A DNA stretch of 63,221 nt, filler included, from Sandaracinaceae bacterium (GCA_947483975.1; 5 parts of 5 records of this genome joined end to end with filler, not necessarily neighbours in it); one strand, 5' to 3'; positions 1 to 12,591 are shown, counted from the first letter of the whole stretch. The notes: generated by a model not told the origin, from the sequence alone. Numbers and translations are program-made.

Positions 1-99
1 AGCCTGCGCCGAGGCGTGCGCGGCGAGCGCGAGCAGCGCGGCTCCGACGACGAGCGAGGCGCGCAGCGAGGCGCGCAGCGAGGTTTGGACACGTTCCAT
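1..99 (-). CDS. 5' part of a secreted protein (runs off the window)
   Basis: ATG at 99 reads MERVQTSLRASLRASLVVGAALLALAAHASAQA, a Sec signal peptide with an ASA cleavage site; divergent from the helicase. Confidence 0.6.
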   Translation of the reverse strand, partial: MERVQTSLRASLRASLVVGAALLALAAHASAQA

Positions 100-256
100 G
101 GCGCGGGTCGACACCGCGCAGCCGCCGAGGTTCCCGCTCATGCGCGGCAGCATCGTCCGGGAGTGCCGCGCGTGTCGATGCCGACGACCCAGAACGGCGC
201 GCCGAGGCCGCCGCCCCTTGAACGGATGATCCGTGCGCGCTACTCCGCCGCCGACG

Positions 257-2323
257 ATGGCCCTCAACGAGTCGCAGCGCGCCGCGGTCGAGCACGATGT
301 CGGTCCGCTGCTCGTCTTGGCAGGCGCCGGCAGCGGCAAGACCCGCGTCATCACGCAGCGCATCGCGCGCATCCTCGAGCGCGGCGTGCGCCCCGAGGCG
401 ATCCTCGCGGTCAGCTTCACCAACAAGTCCGCCGGCGAGATGGCTGAGCGCATGACGCCGCTCGTCGGCGAGACCGTCGCGAAGCGCATCGTCCTCTGCA
501 CGTTCCACTCCTTCGGCGTGCGCCTGCTCGGCGAGGAGTGGAAGGCGCTCGGCACCGACGGGCGCTTCGTCATCTTCGATCAGGGCGACACGCTCGGCCT
601 CGTGCGCGAGCTGCTGCGCGCCGACGTGAAGTCCGGCGCCGCGCGCAAGCTCGATCCGGGCGCCCTCCTCGCCCGCATCAGCAAGTGGAAGAACGACTTC
701 CTCTCGCCCGAGGAGCTCACCCTCGGCGAGTCCGCGGCGGCCAAAAAAGCAGCGAAAGAGGGCGTCGAATACGACGACGTCGCGCGCGAGATCTATCCCC
801 GCTACGAGAGCGCGCTCCGCGCCATGCACGCGGTCGACTTCGACGATCTCGTCGTCGCGCCCGTGCGCATCCTCCGCGACCGACCCGACCTGCGCGAGAA
901 GTGGCAGACGCGCTTTCGCTATATGTTGGTCGACGAGTTTCAGGACACCTCGCGCTCTCAGCTCGAGCTCGTGCGCCTGCTCGCGAACCCGCTCCGCAAC
1001 GTCTGCGTCGTCGGCGACGACGACCAATCGATCTACGGCTGGCGAGGCGCGGACGTCGGCAATATCCTCGACTTCGAGACGTATTTCCCTGGCGCGAAGC
1101 TCGTCAAGCTCGAGGACAACTACCGCTCCTACGAGCCGATCCTCGAGGTCGCGAACGCCGCCATCGCGCGCTCGACTCAGCGAAGGCACGGCAAGACGCT
1201 GCGCGCCGCTCGCGGCAAGGGCGACAAGGTCCGCCTCTGCGCGCTCGACGACGGCGAGCTCGAGGCGCGCTTCATCGCCGCCGAGATCAAGACGCTCGTC
1301 GACGAAGAGAAGCGCCGCTACAAGGACATCGCGATCCTCTATCGCTCGAACCTGCTCGCGCGCCCCGTCGAGGAGGAGCTACGCGCCGCGGGCATCCCGT
1401 ATCGCCTCTTCGGCGGCACGCAGTTCTTCGATCGCAAAGAGGTCAAGGACGCCGCCGCGTACCTGCGCGTGATCGTCAACCCGCGCGACGAGATCAGCCT
1501 GCGCCGCATCGCGAATTATCCGACGCGCGGCATCGGCGACACGACCATCGAGCGCGTCGAGCGCGTCGGTCGGGCGCGCGGCATCCCCTTCGCGAAGGCG
1601 TTCGAGCTCCTGCCGACGCTCGACGAGGTGCCCGACGCCGCGCGCCGCGGGGCCGCCAACCTGCTCGAGACGCTCGAGCGCGCCCGCGGGCGCTTCCGCT
1701 CGGGCGGCTCGCTCGCCGGCGCGACGCGCTCGCTCTTCGACGAGGTCGGGCTCAAGGACGCGCTCGAGGACGTCGCCGACAACGCGAAGGCGGGCGCGCG
1801 CAAGGTCGGCAACATCGAGTACCTGCTCGGCTCGATCGACCGCTACGAGCGCAAAGAGGCGAGCGACAAGCCCTCGATGGGGCAGTTCCTCACGCGCATC
1901 ACGATGCGCTTCGATCAAGAGGACGACGACTCGCAGACCAACAAGGTCACGCTCTCGACGCTGCACGGCGCCAAGGGCCTCGAGTTCCCCATCGTCTTCT
2001 TCATGGGCATCGTCGAGGGCGTGCTCCCGCACAGCCGCACGATGGACCCGAAGGCCTCCGACGTGGACGCCGCCGACGTCGAGGAGGAGCGCCGCCTCTT
2101 CTACGTCGGCGTCACGCGCGCGAAGGATCGCCTGTATTTGTCGCGGCCGAAGCGGCGCGTGCTGCGCGGCAAGCCCACGGTGCTCACTCCGTCGCGCTTC
2201 CTCGAGGGGATGCCGCCCGAGCACGTCGAGGTCTACGATCGCGTCGTCGCGCGCGCGATGGACAGCGACGAGATCGCCGACCTCGGCGCCGCGCTCCTCG
2301 CCAAGCTCGCGAGGCGGACTTGA
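257..2323 (+). CDS. UvrD/Rep/PcrA family ATP-dependent DNA helicase
   Basis: LNESQ Q-motif, AGAGSGKT, VDEFQD, VGDDDQSIYGWRGA, LEDNYRS, TLHGAKGLEF, EERRLFYVGVTRAK; ATG 257 preferred over GTG 233. Confidence 0.95.
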   Translation: MALNESQRAAVEHDVGPLLVLAGAGSGKTRVITQRIARILERGVRPEAILAVSFTNKSAGEMAERMTPLVGETVAKRIVLCTFHSFGVRLLGEEWKALGTDGRFVIFDQGDTLGLVRELLRADVKSGAARKLDPGALLARISKWKNDFLSPEELTLGESAAAKKAAKEGVEYDDVAREIYPRYESALRAMHAVDFDDLVVAPVRILRDRPDLREKWQTRFRYMLVDEFQDTSRSQLELVRLLANPLRNVCVVGDDDQSIYGWRGADVGNILDFETYFPGAKLVKLEDNYRSYEPILEVANAAIARSTQRRHGKTLRAARGKGDKVRLCALDDGELEARFIAAEIKTLVDEEKRRYKDIAILYRSNLLARPVEEELRAAGIPYRLFGGTQFFDRKEVKDAAAYLRVIVNPRDEISLRRIANYPTRGIGDTTIERVERVGRARGIPFAKAFELLPTLDEVPDAARRGAANLLETLERARGRFRSGGSLAGATRSLFDEVGLKDALEDVADNAKAGARKVGNIEYLLGSIDRYERKEASDKPSMGQFLTRITMRFDQEDDDSQTNKVTLSTLHGAKGLEFPIVFFMGIVEGVLPHSRTMDPKASDVDAADVEEERRLFYVGVTRAKDRLYLSRPKRRVLRGKPTVLTPSRFLEGMPPEHVEVYDRVVARAMDSDEIADLGAALLAKLARRT

Positions 2324-2336
2324 CGGCGGCGCGGGC

Positions 2337-3566
2337 GTGACCGAGCGGCGCAGCGCTCTCACGGAGCACGAGCGCGAGGCGGAGGCGTTCGTGCTGACGC
2401 TCGCGCAGGCGCTGCACGAGCACGGCGCGTCGGCGCATCGGCTCGAGGGGATGCTGACGCTCGTCGCGCGCAAGCTCGGCGTCGACGCGCGCTTCTTCTC
2501 GACACCGACGGCGGTGATGGTCGCGTTCGGCGCGCCCTCCGATCAGCGCACCGCGCTGATGCGCGTGCAGCCTGGCGGCGTGTCGATCGAGAAGCTTTCG
2601 CTGCTGCAGCGCACGGCGGTCGAGGTCACGCGCGGCAACCTCGACATCGAGGCGGGGAGGGCCCGCGTCCGCGAGATCGTCGAGGCGCGTCCGCGCTGGG
2701 GCGCGCTCCTCTCGGTGCTGGCGTTCGGGCTCTCGGGCGTGGCGATGACGACGTTCCTCGGCGGCGGACCGCGCGACCTCGCCGCAGGGCTCCTCGTCGG
2801 CGTCGCCGTAGGGCTCACCACCGTGCTCTCCGCGCGCTGGTCGACGGGCGCTTCGATCGTCGAGCCTCTCGCGGGCGTCGTCGCGGCGGTGACGGCGGGG
2901 CTGCTCAGCTACGCGGCGGGCGGGCTCTCGACGGGCGTGATCACGCTCGCCGGGGTCATCGTCGTCCTGCCCGGGCTCGGGATCACGACGGCGATGACGG
3001 AGCTCGCGACGCGCAACCTCGCCTCGGGCACGGCGCGGCTCGCCGGGGCCGTGATCCAATTGCTCGGCGTCGCGGTGGGCGTCGCGGTCGGAACGCGCGT
3101 GATGTCCGTTCTCCCCGCGTTTCCTCCACCTTCGCCCACCGCGTGGTCTTCCCTGGTGCTCGCGGCGGCCGTCCTCGTCGCGGCGGGCTCGTTCACGATC
3201 CTGCTCCAGGCGCGGCCCCGCGACTTCGGCTGGATCGCGCTCGGCGCCGCGGTCGCGTTCGTCGGCGGGAACCTCGGCACGCACCTCTTCGGGCCGGAGC
3301 TCGGGGCGTTCTTCGGGGCGCTCGTGCTCGGGCTCGCGGGCAACCTCTTCGCCAACGTCTTCGACCGCCCCTCGGTGATCGTGCTCGTGCCCGGGCTGAT
3401 CGTGCTCGTGCCCGGCAGCCTCGGCTTCCGCGGGCTCGTCTCGATGCTCGAGGCGGACGTCGTGCGCGGCGTCGACACCGCGTTTCACACGATGCTGGTC
3501 GCGCTCGCGCTCGGCGCCGGGATCATCCTCGCGGGGATACTGCTGCCGCCCCGCCGCGCGCTCTAG
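2337..3566 (+). CDS. Threonine/serine exporter family (ThrE) membrane protein
   Basis: N-terminal LHEHGASAHRLE...FFSTPT motif, about 10 TM helices, duplicated LPG/VPG motifs. Confidence 0.85.
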   Translation: MTERRSALTEHEREAEAFVLTLAQALHEHGASAHRLEGMLTLVARKLGVDARFFSTPTAVMVAFGAPSDQRTALMRVQPGGVSIEKLSLLQRTAVEVTRGNLDIEAGRARVREIVEARPRWGALLSVLAFGLSGVAMTTFLGGGPRDLAAGLLVGVAVGLTTVLSARWSTGASIVEPLAGVVAAVTAGLLSYAAGGLSTGVITLAGVIVVLPGLGITTAMTELATRNLASGTARLAGAVIQLLGVAVGVAVGTRVMSVLPAFPPPSPTAWSSLVLAAAVLVAAGSFTILLQARPRDFGWIALGAAVAFVGGNLGTHLFGPELGAFFGALVLGLAGNLFANVFDRPSVIVLVPGLIVLVPGSLGFRGLVSMLEADVVRGVDTAFHTMLVALALGAGIILAGILLPPRRAL

Positions 3567-3630
3567 CCGCGCGCTCTAGCCGCGCGCTCGCGGCCTACGG
3601 CGCCGCGCGCTCTAGCGCCGCGCTCGCAGT

Positions 3631-4473
3631 CTACGGCGCAGCGGCGAGGAACGCGCTCGCGGCCGCCGCGCCGACGCGCGCAGCCTCCGCCCGCGACTCG
3701 AGCGGGGCGACGCGGTTCGTCGCGCCCTCGAAGAAGACGTACGTGACCTCCGCGAGATCGACGCCGCCCGTGGTCGGGCTCGGGGAGACGCCGAGCGCCT
3801 CCGCCATCGCGTACGAGGCCTCGCCGATGCTCGTGCTCGGCCCGACGTCGCCGAGGACGCCGTAGAGCACTCGGTCCTGGTAGATGACCGCGACGGACTG
3901 CCCGCCGCGCAGGCCATACGAGCGGTAGTCGAAGCCCGCTCGCACGCCCGGGAGCACGACGAACGGCACGGTGTTCGCGTCGATGGCGCGACCCGTCGAG
4001 TCGCTGAAGGCGGTGTCCGGGAGGTAGTCGGGGTCGGCCATGCACGTCGCCGCCCGGCCTCCGTCGCAGTCGACGTCGAGGTCCGCGCGGAACCAGAGCG
4101 CGCCCGAGCCTTCGCAGAGCTCCACGGTCGCCGTGCCGCCCGAGTCGAGCGCGTAGAGCGGCGCGCCTGCGATCGTCGGGCACGCCGCGGTCGCGGTCAG
4201 CAGCGCCGCGGCGGTCGGCCCGCTCGGACCCGCGTCGACGTCCATGCCCGCGTCGCTCTCGGGGCCCGCGTCGCTCTCGGGGCCCGCGTCGCCGTCCATG
4301 CCCGCGTCGCTCTCGGGGCCCGCATCGACGTCCGCGCCCGCGTCGTCGCCGCCGTCGGTCGGACCCGCGTCTGGACGCAGCCCGGAGTAGTCGCTGGTCT
4401 TGCACCCCGGCAAGGCGAGCAGCAGCGCGACGGCGAGCAGAGCGAGAGGGCGAGCGCGGTCGAGGCTAGACAT
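3631..4473 (-). CDS. Glycoside hydrolase family 75 (chitosanase) lipoprotein
   Basis: Lipobox LPGC, DAG-rich linker, DLDVDCDG, DANTVPFVVLP, GDVGP, IGEASY motifs of GH75. Confidence 0.85.
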   Translation of the reverse strand: MSSLDRARPLALLAVALLLALPGCKTSDYSGLRPDAGPTDGGDDAGADVDAGPESDAGMDGDAGPESDAGPESDAGMDVDAGPSGPTAAALLTATAACPTIAGAPLYALDSGGTATVELCEGSGALWFRADLDVDCDGGRAATCMADPDYLPDTAFSDSTGRAIDANTVPFVVLPGVRAGFDYRSYGLRGGQSVAVIYQDRVLYGVLGDVGPSTSIGEASYAMAEALGVSPSPTTGGVDLAEVTYVFFEGATNRVAPLESRAEAARVGAAAASAFLAAAP

Positions 4474-4598
4474 CGGCGGAGCGTACACCGCCGCGGGCAC
4501 GCTCCGCGGCGGTCGTCAGGTCCTCGCTCCGTACGCGCCCGGGCAGGTGTCGCAGCGCGTCGGACCCGCGCTGAGTTCAACGCCCGCTGGCCCGCTGC

Positions 4599-7500
4599 TC
4601 AGAACGAGTACTGCAGCAGGTTCTGGAACAGCTCGACCGTGTCGAGCGTCGCGTCGCCGTCGTTGTTCGTGCGCTGGAAGTCCCACGGCAGGAAGCCGAG
4701 GACGAGCGTCTTGTGGGCGTTGGCCGTGACGATGGCCGCCGCGCCCGACGCCGAGTCGAACGTGCAGAGGACCTCGCCGCCCGCCGTCGAGGTGAGGAGC
4801 TGCCCGTTGATGCCAGCGTCGTCGGTGCTCGTCAGCGGCGCCGGGAAGACCTGCGATGACGTGAAGAAGTTCACGCTCGCGCCGGTGCGCGGGTAGACCG
4901 GTCGCGGCGTGCTGAAGTCGCTCGTCGTGACCTGCAGGGCAGCGGCGAGGGCCGGGTCCGAGCTGAGCTTCCTCCAGCTGAAGATCAAGGGCAGCCCCGA
5001 GGCGATCCGCGCGAGCACCCGCGCGCGCACCTCCGCGGGGAGCGCCGGGCCGGGCACGTCGATGACGACGACGCCCCAGCCGCCCGCGTCGTACGCCGTC
5101 GCGAACGTCGCGCCGCTCGTGTGCGCGCTCACCGTGCGACCGAGGGCCGTCGCCGCCGCGCCCGCAGGCTCGACGGGCGTGCTGAAGGAGTCGTAGTAGA
5201 CGAGCACGCGCGGCGCGATGCAGGCACCCGCGCTGCACGTCGTGCCGCCCGTGCAGATGTTCCCGCAGGCGCCGCAGTTCGTGGCGCTCGAGAGCACGTC
5301 CGTCTCGCAGCCCGCGGCGATCGTGCAGTCGCGGAAGCCAGCGTTGCACGCGAAGCCACAGCTCCCCGAGGTGCACGCCGGGCTCGCGTGCGCCACCGCG
5401 GGGCAGACGACGCCGCAGGCGCTGCAGTTGGCCGGATCGAACGACAGGTTCGTGCAGGTGCCGCCGCAGTTCGTGGTCCCGCCGACGCAGGTGAGCACGC
5501 ACGAGTTGGTCGCGACGTTGCAGACTTGGCCGCCGGTGCAGGTCGTGGTCCCCGCGTCGCAGCGGTCGGTCGCCTCGTTGCACGTCTCGGTGCCGTTGCA
5601 GCTGACCGCGTCGGCACAGCCGCGCGCGCTCCCCGCCCCACAGACCGCGGCCGCCGAGCACGTCTCGCCCATGGTGCAATAAGCGCCGTCGTCGCACGTC
5701 GCGCCAGTGCGCGGCGACCACCCGCTGCTCGAGGTCGCGGTCTGACAACTCTGGCACTGGTTGGCCGGGTTGACCGCGCCCGCGGCCTGGCAGACCCCGC
5801 CGATGGTGCAGCCGCTGCAGGTGATGGTGCACGCGTTCGTCGCCGTGTCGCAGACCTCGCCTGCGAGGCAGGTGCTGCTCCCGGCGTCGCAGCGGTCGGC
5901 CGCTTCGTTGCACGTCTCGGTGCCGTTGCAGGTCACGGCGTCGGCGCACACGCGCGTCGTGCCGACGCACACCGCCGAGGCGCTGCAGGCGTCGATAGCC
6001 GTGCAAAACAGGCCGTCGTCGCAGCTCGCGCCGGTGTTCGCGCTCCAGCCGGTCGTCGACGTCGCGGGCGCGCAGATCTGGCACTGGTTCGCCGGGTTTC
6101 GCGTCGAGGCGGCGTAGCAGGTGCCGCCGATCACGCAGCCGCTGCACGCGGTCACACAGGCGTTCGAGCTCGGATTGCACACCTCGCCCGCGCCACACGT
6201 CGTCGTACCCGGCGAGCAGCTGTCAGTCGCCTCGTTGCACGTCTCGGTGCCGTTGCACGTCACGGCGTCGGCGCAGAAGTTGGTCGCGGAGCTGCCCGCG
6301 CAGAGACCGCCTGAGCAGCTGTCGGCGGTCGTGCAGAAGAGCCCGTCGTCACAGCTCGCTCCGTCGTTCGCGCTGAAGGCCGCGCGCGACCGCGCCGTGT
6401 CGCAGACCTCGCAAGGGTTCGCGGGGTTGCGGGTCGCGTTCGCGTAGCAGACGCCCCCGATGACGCAGCCGGCGCACGCAGCGACACAGGTGTCGAAGTT
6501 GGTGTTGCAGACCTCGGTGGCCGCGCACGTCGACGTGCCGGCGGCGCACGAGTCGGCGGTCTCGTCGCAGGTCTCGGTGCCGTTGCACGCGACACCGTCC
6601 GAGCAGATGCGCGCCGTGCCGCTGCAGGCTCCCGCGCGGCAAGTGTCGCCGTCGGTGCAGAACGCGCCGTCGTCGCAGCGCGCGCCCGCGTTGTCGCTCC
6701 AAGAGGTGCGCGACGAGGCGACCGTGCAGACCTGGCAGGCGTTCGTCGGGTTCACCTGTCCGGCGCCGAAACAGCTGCCGCCGATCACGCAGCCGCTGCA
6801 GGTCGCGACGCAGGTGTCGGTCGTCGGGTCGCAGAGCGCGCCGCCGCTGCACGTCGTCGTGCCAGCGGCGCAGGCGTTGGTCGCCTCGTTGCACGTCTCG
6901 GCGCCGTTGCAGGCGATGCCGTCGCCGCAGCTCCGCGCCGTGCCTCCGCAGGTCGTGCCCGTGCAGAGGTCGCCGTCGGTGCAGAACGCGCCATCGTCGC
7001 ACGTCGCGCCGTCGTTCGTGCTCCACGCGGAGCGCGAGGATGCGGTCGCACAGACCTCGCACTGGTTCATCGGATTGCGCTGACCGGCGCCGAAGCAAGT
7101 CCCGCCGATCACACACCCCGTGCACGTCGCGATGCACGAGTCGGTCGCGATGTCACAGAGCTGGTCGGGGCTGCAGGTCGTCGGCCCCGAGGCGCACGCG
7201 CTCGCTGCCTCGTCGCAGCTCTCGACGCCATCGCAGGCGACCCCGTCGTCACACCCGCGCGCGCTCCCGCCGCCGCAGGTGCCGTCGGCGCACACGTCGC
7301 CGACCGTGCAGAAGAGCCCGTCGTCACAGGTGGCGCCGTCGTTGGCGCTCCACGCGGTGCGCGAGGTCGCCACCGCGCACACCTCGCAGCGATTCAGCGC
7401 GTTGACCTGCCCGTCGCCGTAGCAGGTGCCGCCGACGAGACAGCCGGCGCACTCGAGCACGCAGGTACCGCTCAGCGCGTCGCAGAACTGGCCGCCGGTG

Positions 7501-7958
7501 CACGTCGAGGTGCCGACTCGGCAGGCGCTCGCCGCTTCGTCGCAGGTGGCGACTCCGTTGCACGCGATGCCGTCATCGCAGACCTGCGGAGAGCCGCCGC
7601 ACGCCCCGTCCGCGCAGACGTCGCCGTTCGTACAGAACATCCCGTCGTCGCAGCGCGCGCCATCGTTCGGGCTGAACGCCGTGGCGCTGAGCGCCGGGGC
7701 GCAGATCTGGCAGAGGTTCGTCGGGTTGAGCACGCCGTCCGGGAAGCAGGTCCCGCCGACGAGGCAGCCCGCCGGGCAGTCCGTCGGCGGTGGTCCACCA
7801 TCTGGCGCGGGCCCGAGGTCGAGGCCCGCGTCCGTGACGACCGCGCCCGCGTCCCCACCGCCGTCCGGGTCGCCGACAAAGCGCGCGCCGCACGCCCCGA
7901 GCGTGAGCGCGAAGGCGAGCACCGTGAGCAAGTTCGTCGATCCGTGGGCGAGCCGCAT
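4599..7958 (-). CDS. Giant Cys-rich repeat lipoprotein
   Basis: GGAGG RBS, lipobox LGAC, seven ~108-111 aa units with 16 Cys each, two DPANCxxCG-type modules, Cys-poor C-terminal domain. Confidence 0.85.
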   Translation of the reverse strand: MRLAHGSTNLLTVLAFALTLGACGARFVGDPDGGGDAGAVVTDAGLDLGPAPDGGPPPTDCPAGCLVGGTCFPDGVLNPTNLCQICAPALSATAFSPNDGARCDDGMFCTNGDVCADGACGGSPQVCDDGIACNGVATCDEAASACRVGTSTCTGGQFCDALSGTCVLECAGCLVGGTCYGDGQVNALNRCEVCAVATSRTAWSANDGATCDDGLFCTVGDVCADGTCGGGSARGCDDGVACDGVESCDEAASACASGPTTCSPDQLCDIATDSCIATCTGCVIGGTCFGAGQRNPMNQCEVCATASSRSAWSTNDGATCDDGAFCTDGDLCTGTTCGGTARSCGDGIACNGAETCNEATNACAAGTTTCSGGALCDPTTDTCVATCSGCVIGGSCFGAGQVNPTNACQVCTVASSRTSWSDNAGARCDDGAFCTDGDTCRAGACSGTARICSDGVACNGTETCDETADSCAAGTSTCAATEVCNTNFDTCVAACAGCVIGGVCYANATRNPANPCEVCDTARSRAAFSANDGASCDDGLFCTTADSCSGGLCAGSSATNFCADAVTCNGTETCNEATDSCSPGTTTCGAGEVCNPSSNACVTACSGCVIGGTCYAASTRNPANQCQICAPATSTTGWSANTGASCDDGLFCTAIDACSASAVCVGTTRVCADAVTCNGTETCNEAADRCDAGSSTCLAGEVCDTATNACTITCSGCTIGGVCQAAGAVNPANQCQSCQTATSSSGWSPRTGATCDDGAYCTMGETCSAAAVCGAGSARGCADAVSCNGTETCNEATDRCDAGTTTCTGGQVCNVATNSCVLTCVGGTTNCGGTCTNLSFDPANCSACGVVCPAVAHASPACTSGSCGFACNAGFRDCTIAAGCETDVLSSATNCGACGNICTGGTTCSAGACIAPRVLVYYDSFSTPVEPAGAAATALGRTVSAHTSGATFATAYDAGGWGVVVIDVPGPALPAEVRARVLARIASGLPLIFSWRKLSSDPALAAALQVTTSDFSTPRPVYPRTGASVNFFTSSQVFPAPLTSTDDAGINGQLLTSTAGGEVLCTFDSASGAAAIVTANAHKTLVLGFLPWDFQRTNNDGDATLDTVELFQNLLQYSF

Positions 7959-8050
7959 GGGAGACCTCCTGGCCCGCGGGCCGTTGAGCGAGCCGGGCCT
8001 GGGGCCGCGACCACCGCCGACCGAGGGTATCCGAGCGCCGCCCGCCGCCC

Positions 8051-8135
8051 TAACGAAAATTCATAGATGACGGATTTTACGTACTTAGGTTGGATTTATG
8101 GAGACGCGAGCGGCCAAGCCGTCCTATAAAACAGA
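8051..8135. promoter_or_regulatory. AT-rich divergent promoter region
   Basis: Markedly AT-rich stretch in GC-rich DNA between divergent genes; no specific element assigned. Confidence 0.4.
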
Positions 8136-8183
8136 CCTTCGCCGCTCACGGTGCACGGGAGCGGCCCAAAGCGAGAAGACACG

Positions 8184-9560
<1,377 letters not shown>

Positions 9561-9957
9561 TCCGCTGCGGCGCGGGGCTTCGTCGGGCGCCGCGGTAGCG
9601 CCCTGGGTCGCGGCGTGCCCGCGCGAGGTCGCGGGGCTTCGTCGGCGCGCGCGGCCGCCCTCCGGGCCGGGCTGCGACACTTCGCGCCGCCCGCTCCTCG
9701 ATCTCGGCACGCTCAATCCCCGCTTCCATGGATGGAACGCCCGGCCGAAGGGCGGATGGTGAGCTTCGAGTGAGGAGCGCGCCCCGCCTGAGAGCGAGGG
9801 GCGTCCCCTCTCGGCACGCAAGCTCAGGTCGCTCGCAGCGTCGGGGCTCGTCCACGGGTGCGGAGCCGTCGGCACCTCTGGATTGGCTAGTTGGCATTCG
9901 TGGTCCGGAGTTGCCGGCGCTGCGGACGCACCACCCAAGCACGGGAGAAATCACATC

Positions 9958-12591
9958 ATGGACAACGAAAAGCGATTGCAGCGCGAGGTTCCCAACCAAG
10001 CATCACCTCGGTTGGAGTTCGCCGGGGCACGCGCCGCTCGAGCGATTTCGAGCCGTTCATCCTCCCGCGGGGCTGAGTCCTGGAGTCGCCTGCGCGCTGG
10101 GCTCCTCGTCGCGGTAGTCGCCAGCGGTCTCGCGGTCCTGGCGCTCGGCTGCGGCAGCACGAACAACACGGGCGCTTGCGCCACGGGCTGTGTGGTCGAC
10201 GGCGTTTGCTACGCCAACGGGGAAGTGGACCCCGGGAATCCCTGCTCGTTCTGTGATCCGCTCGCGTCGCACATCGCGTTCAGCGCGAACGACGGCGTCA
10301 GCTGCGACGACGGGAAGTTCTGCACCTTCGATGACGTCTGCGCGGCGGGGGTCTGCACGGGCGCCGCCCTCAGCTGCGACGATGGGATCGCCTGCAACGG
10401 TGTCGAGACGTGCAGCAACACCGTCAGCGCCTGTCGAGCGGGCACTCCGACCTGCGGCGAGAGCGAGCTGTGTGACGCGCTGAGCGGCGACTGCGTCGCG
10501 GTGTGTTCCGGCTGCGCCATCGAGGGCACTTGCTGGGGCGAGGGACAGTTCAACCCGCTCGCGCCGTGCCAAATCTGCGCGCACGCCGTCTCGTACGTCG
10601 CGTGGAGCGACGCCGACGGTCGGAGCTGCGACGACGGCCTCTTCTGCACCGCGGATGATGTGTGCACGCTCGGTGTCTGCGTCGGGGCGAGCGCGCGCGA
10701 CTGCGGCGACGGCGTCGCCTGCAATGGCGCGGAGACCTGCGACGAGGGCACCAACTCGTGTGTGTCTGGAGAGACGGAGTGTGGCGTCGACGCCGTGTGT
10801 GACGCGACGCTCGACGCGTGTATTCCGTCCTGCACGGGCTGCGTGATCGGCGGCACTTGCTACGGCGCGGGGCAGCCCAACCCGGCCAATCCCTGCCAGG
10901 TCTGCAGGGTCGCGACCTCGCGCACCGCCTTCAGCCCGAACGACGGCGCCTCCTGCGACGACGGCGCCTTCTGCACGACGAACGACACCTGCGCGGCGGG
11001 CGTCTGCGCAGGCTCCGCGTCGGACTTCTGCAACGACTCGGTCTCGTGCAACGGCACCGAGACGTGCGACGAGACGGCCAATCGCTGCCAGCCGGGCGGC
11101 ACGACCTGCGCCGCAGGGCAGGTCTGCAATCCGGTCGCAGACCTCTGCGAGACGACGTGCACGGGCTGTGTCATCGGCGGTGTCTGCTACGCGACCGGCA
11201 CGAGCAATCCGATGAACCAGTGCCAGAGTTGTACTCCCGCGCTCACGCGCGCTGGCTGGTCCCCGCGCACGGCGGGAGCCTGCGACGACTCCCTGTATTG
11301 CACGGTCGGAGAGACCTGCTCCGCCGGAGCGGTCTGCGGCGGCGGAGTTCCGCGCGCCTGCGCCGACGCGGTCGCCTGCAATGGCACGGAGACCTGCAGC
11401 GAGTCGGCCGATCGCTGCGAGCCGGGCACGTCGACGTGCGCCGCGGGGCAGGTCTGTAACTCCACCAGGGACGTCTGCGAGACGACGTGCAGCGGCTGTG
11501 TCATCGGCGGCGTGTGTTACGCGTCGGGCACGACGAGCCCCGCGAATCAGTGCCAGATCTGCACTCCCGCGCTCTCGAGCACGGGCTGGTCCCCGCGGAC
11601 CGGCAGCGCCTGCGACGACTCCCTCTACTGCACGGTCGGCGAGACTTGCTCCGCGACCGCGGTCTGTGACGGCGGCACCGCGCGCACCTGCGCGGACGGG
11701 GTCCGCTGCAACGGCGCAGAGACCTGCAACGAGACGGCGGACCGCTGCGAGCCCGCCCTGCCGATCTGCACCGGCGGGCAGGTCTGCGACACGGCGACCG
11801 ACACCTGCGTGCTCACCTGCGTCGGCGGCACGACGCTCTGTGACGGGACGTGCGTGAACACCTCGTCCGACCCGGCCCACTGCGGCGCGTGTGGAACTCG
11901 CTGCGACGCCGGCGAAGCCTGCGTGAGCGGCACCTGCAGCGAGCTTGGCTCGCACATGTTCACGACGTGTGGCGCGCTCGGCATCGCTGGCCCGACCACC
12001 TCCGAGTGCACGGCTGAGTACGTGGGCACGACGCTCGAGGGCGAGGTCGTCGTCACCCTCGGCATCCAGGAGTGGCTCGTCCCCGCGACCGGCACCTATC
12101 GCATCGAGGCGTTCGGCGCGCAGGGCACGAGCGCATCGGCTGGGCGAGTCGGCGGGCGCGGCGCACGCGTCCGAGGCGACTTCGCCCTCACCGCGGGGCA
12201 GCGCCTGCGCATCATCGTCGGGCAGATGGGCACGGCTGACGGCACCAGCGGCGGTGGCGGCGGCGGCTCCTTCGTCGTCGACGCGGTGACTGGCTCGCCT
12301 CTCCTCGTGGCCGGCGGCGGCGGCGGCACGCGCTGGCGCCTGAGCCAGGACGGTTGTGGCGGCCGCATCACCGAGCTTGCTGGACTCGGCAGCGGCAGCG
12401 CCGCGACGTCGACCTGTGAGGGGAAGGCGAACGGCGTGACCTTGGGCGGCGTGCTGAGCCTCGCGTCGTACGGCTCGGCGGGCGCCGGACTCATCGGCAA
12501 CGGCGCAGCGGACGCCGACTTCGGCGGCGGCCTCTCGTACTCGTTCGTCAACGGCGGGAACGGCGGCAACTGCTCGGCGTACGGCGGCTTC
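9958..12591 (+). CDS. Cys-rich repeat lipoprotein with C-terminal ALK/LTK-like glycine-rich domain (3' truncated at contig end)
   Basis: GGGAG RBS, lipobox ALGC, five 16-Cys repeats, DPAHCGACG module, then FTTCGALGIAGPT...GIQEWLVPATGTYRIEAFGAQG...GGGGGGSFV...PLLVAGGGGG. Confidence 0.85.

Noticed and set aside
538..2340. Many long overlapping or antisense ORFs (for example 538-2340, 38074-40644, 60417-63053)
   Set aside because: Shadow ORFs expected in very high-GC DNA; R/A/P-rich with no motifs, and they overlap well-supported genes
3552..3645. Short GCGCGCTCTAG and CTACGGCGC repeats between convergent genes
   Set aside because: Local slippage duplications of the gene ends; no evidence of function
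4225..4335. DNA repeats inside the GH75 gene
   Set aside because: They encode the DAGPES/DAGM low-complexity linker typical of these lipoproteins
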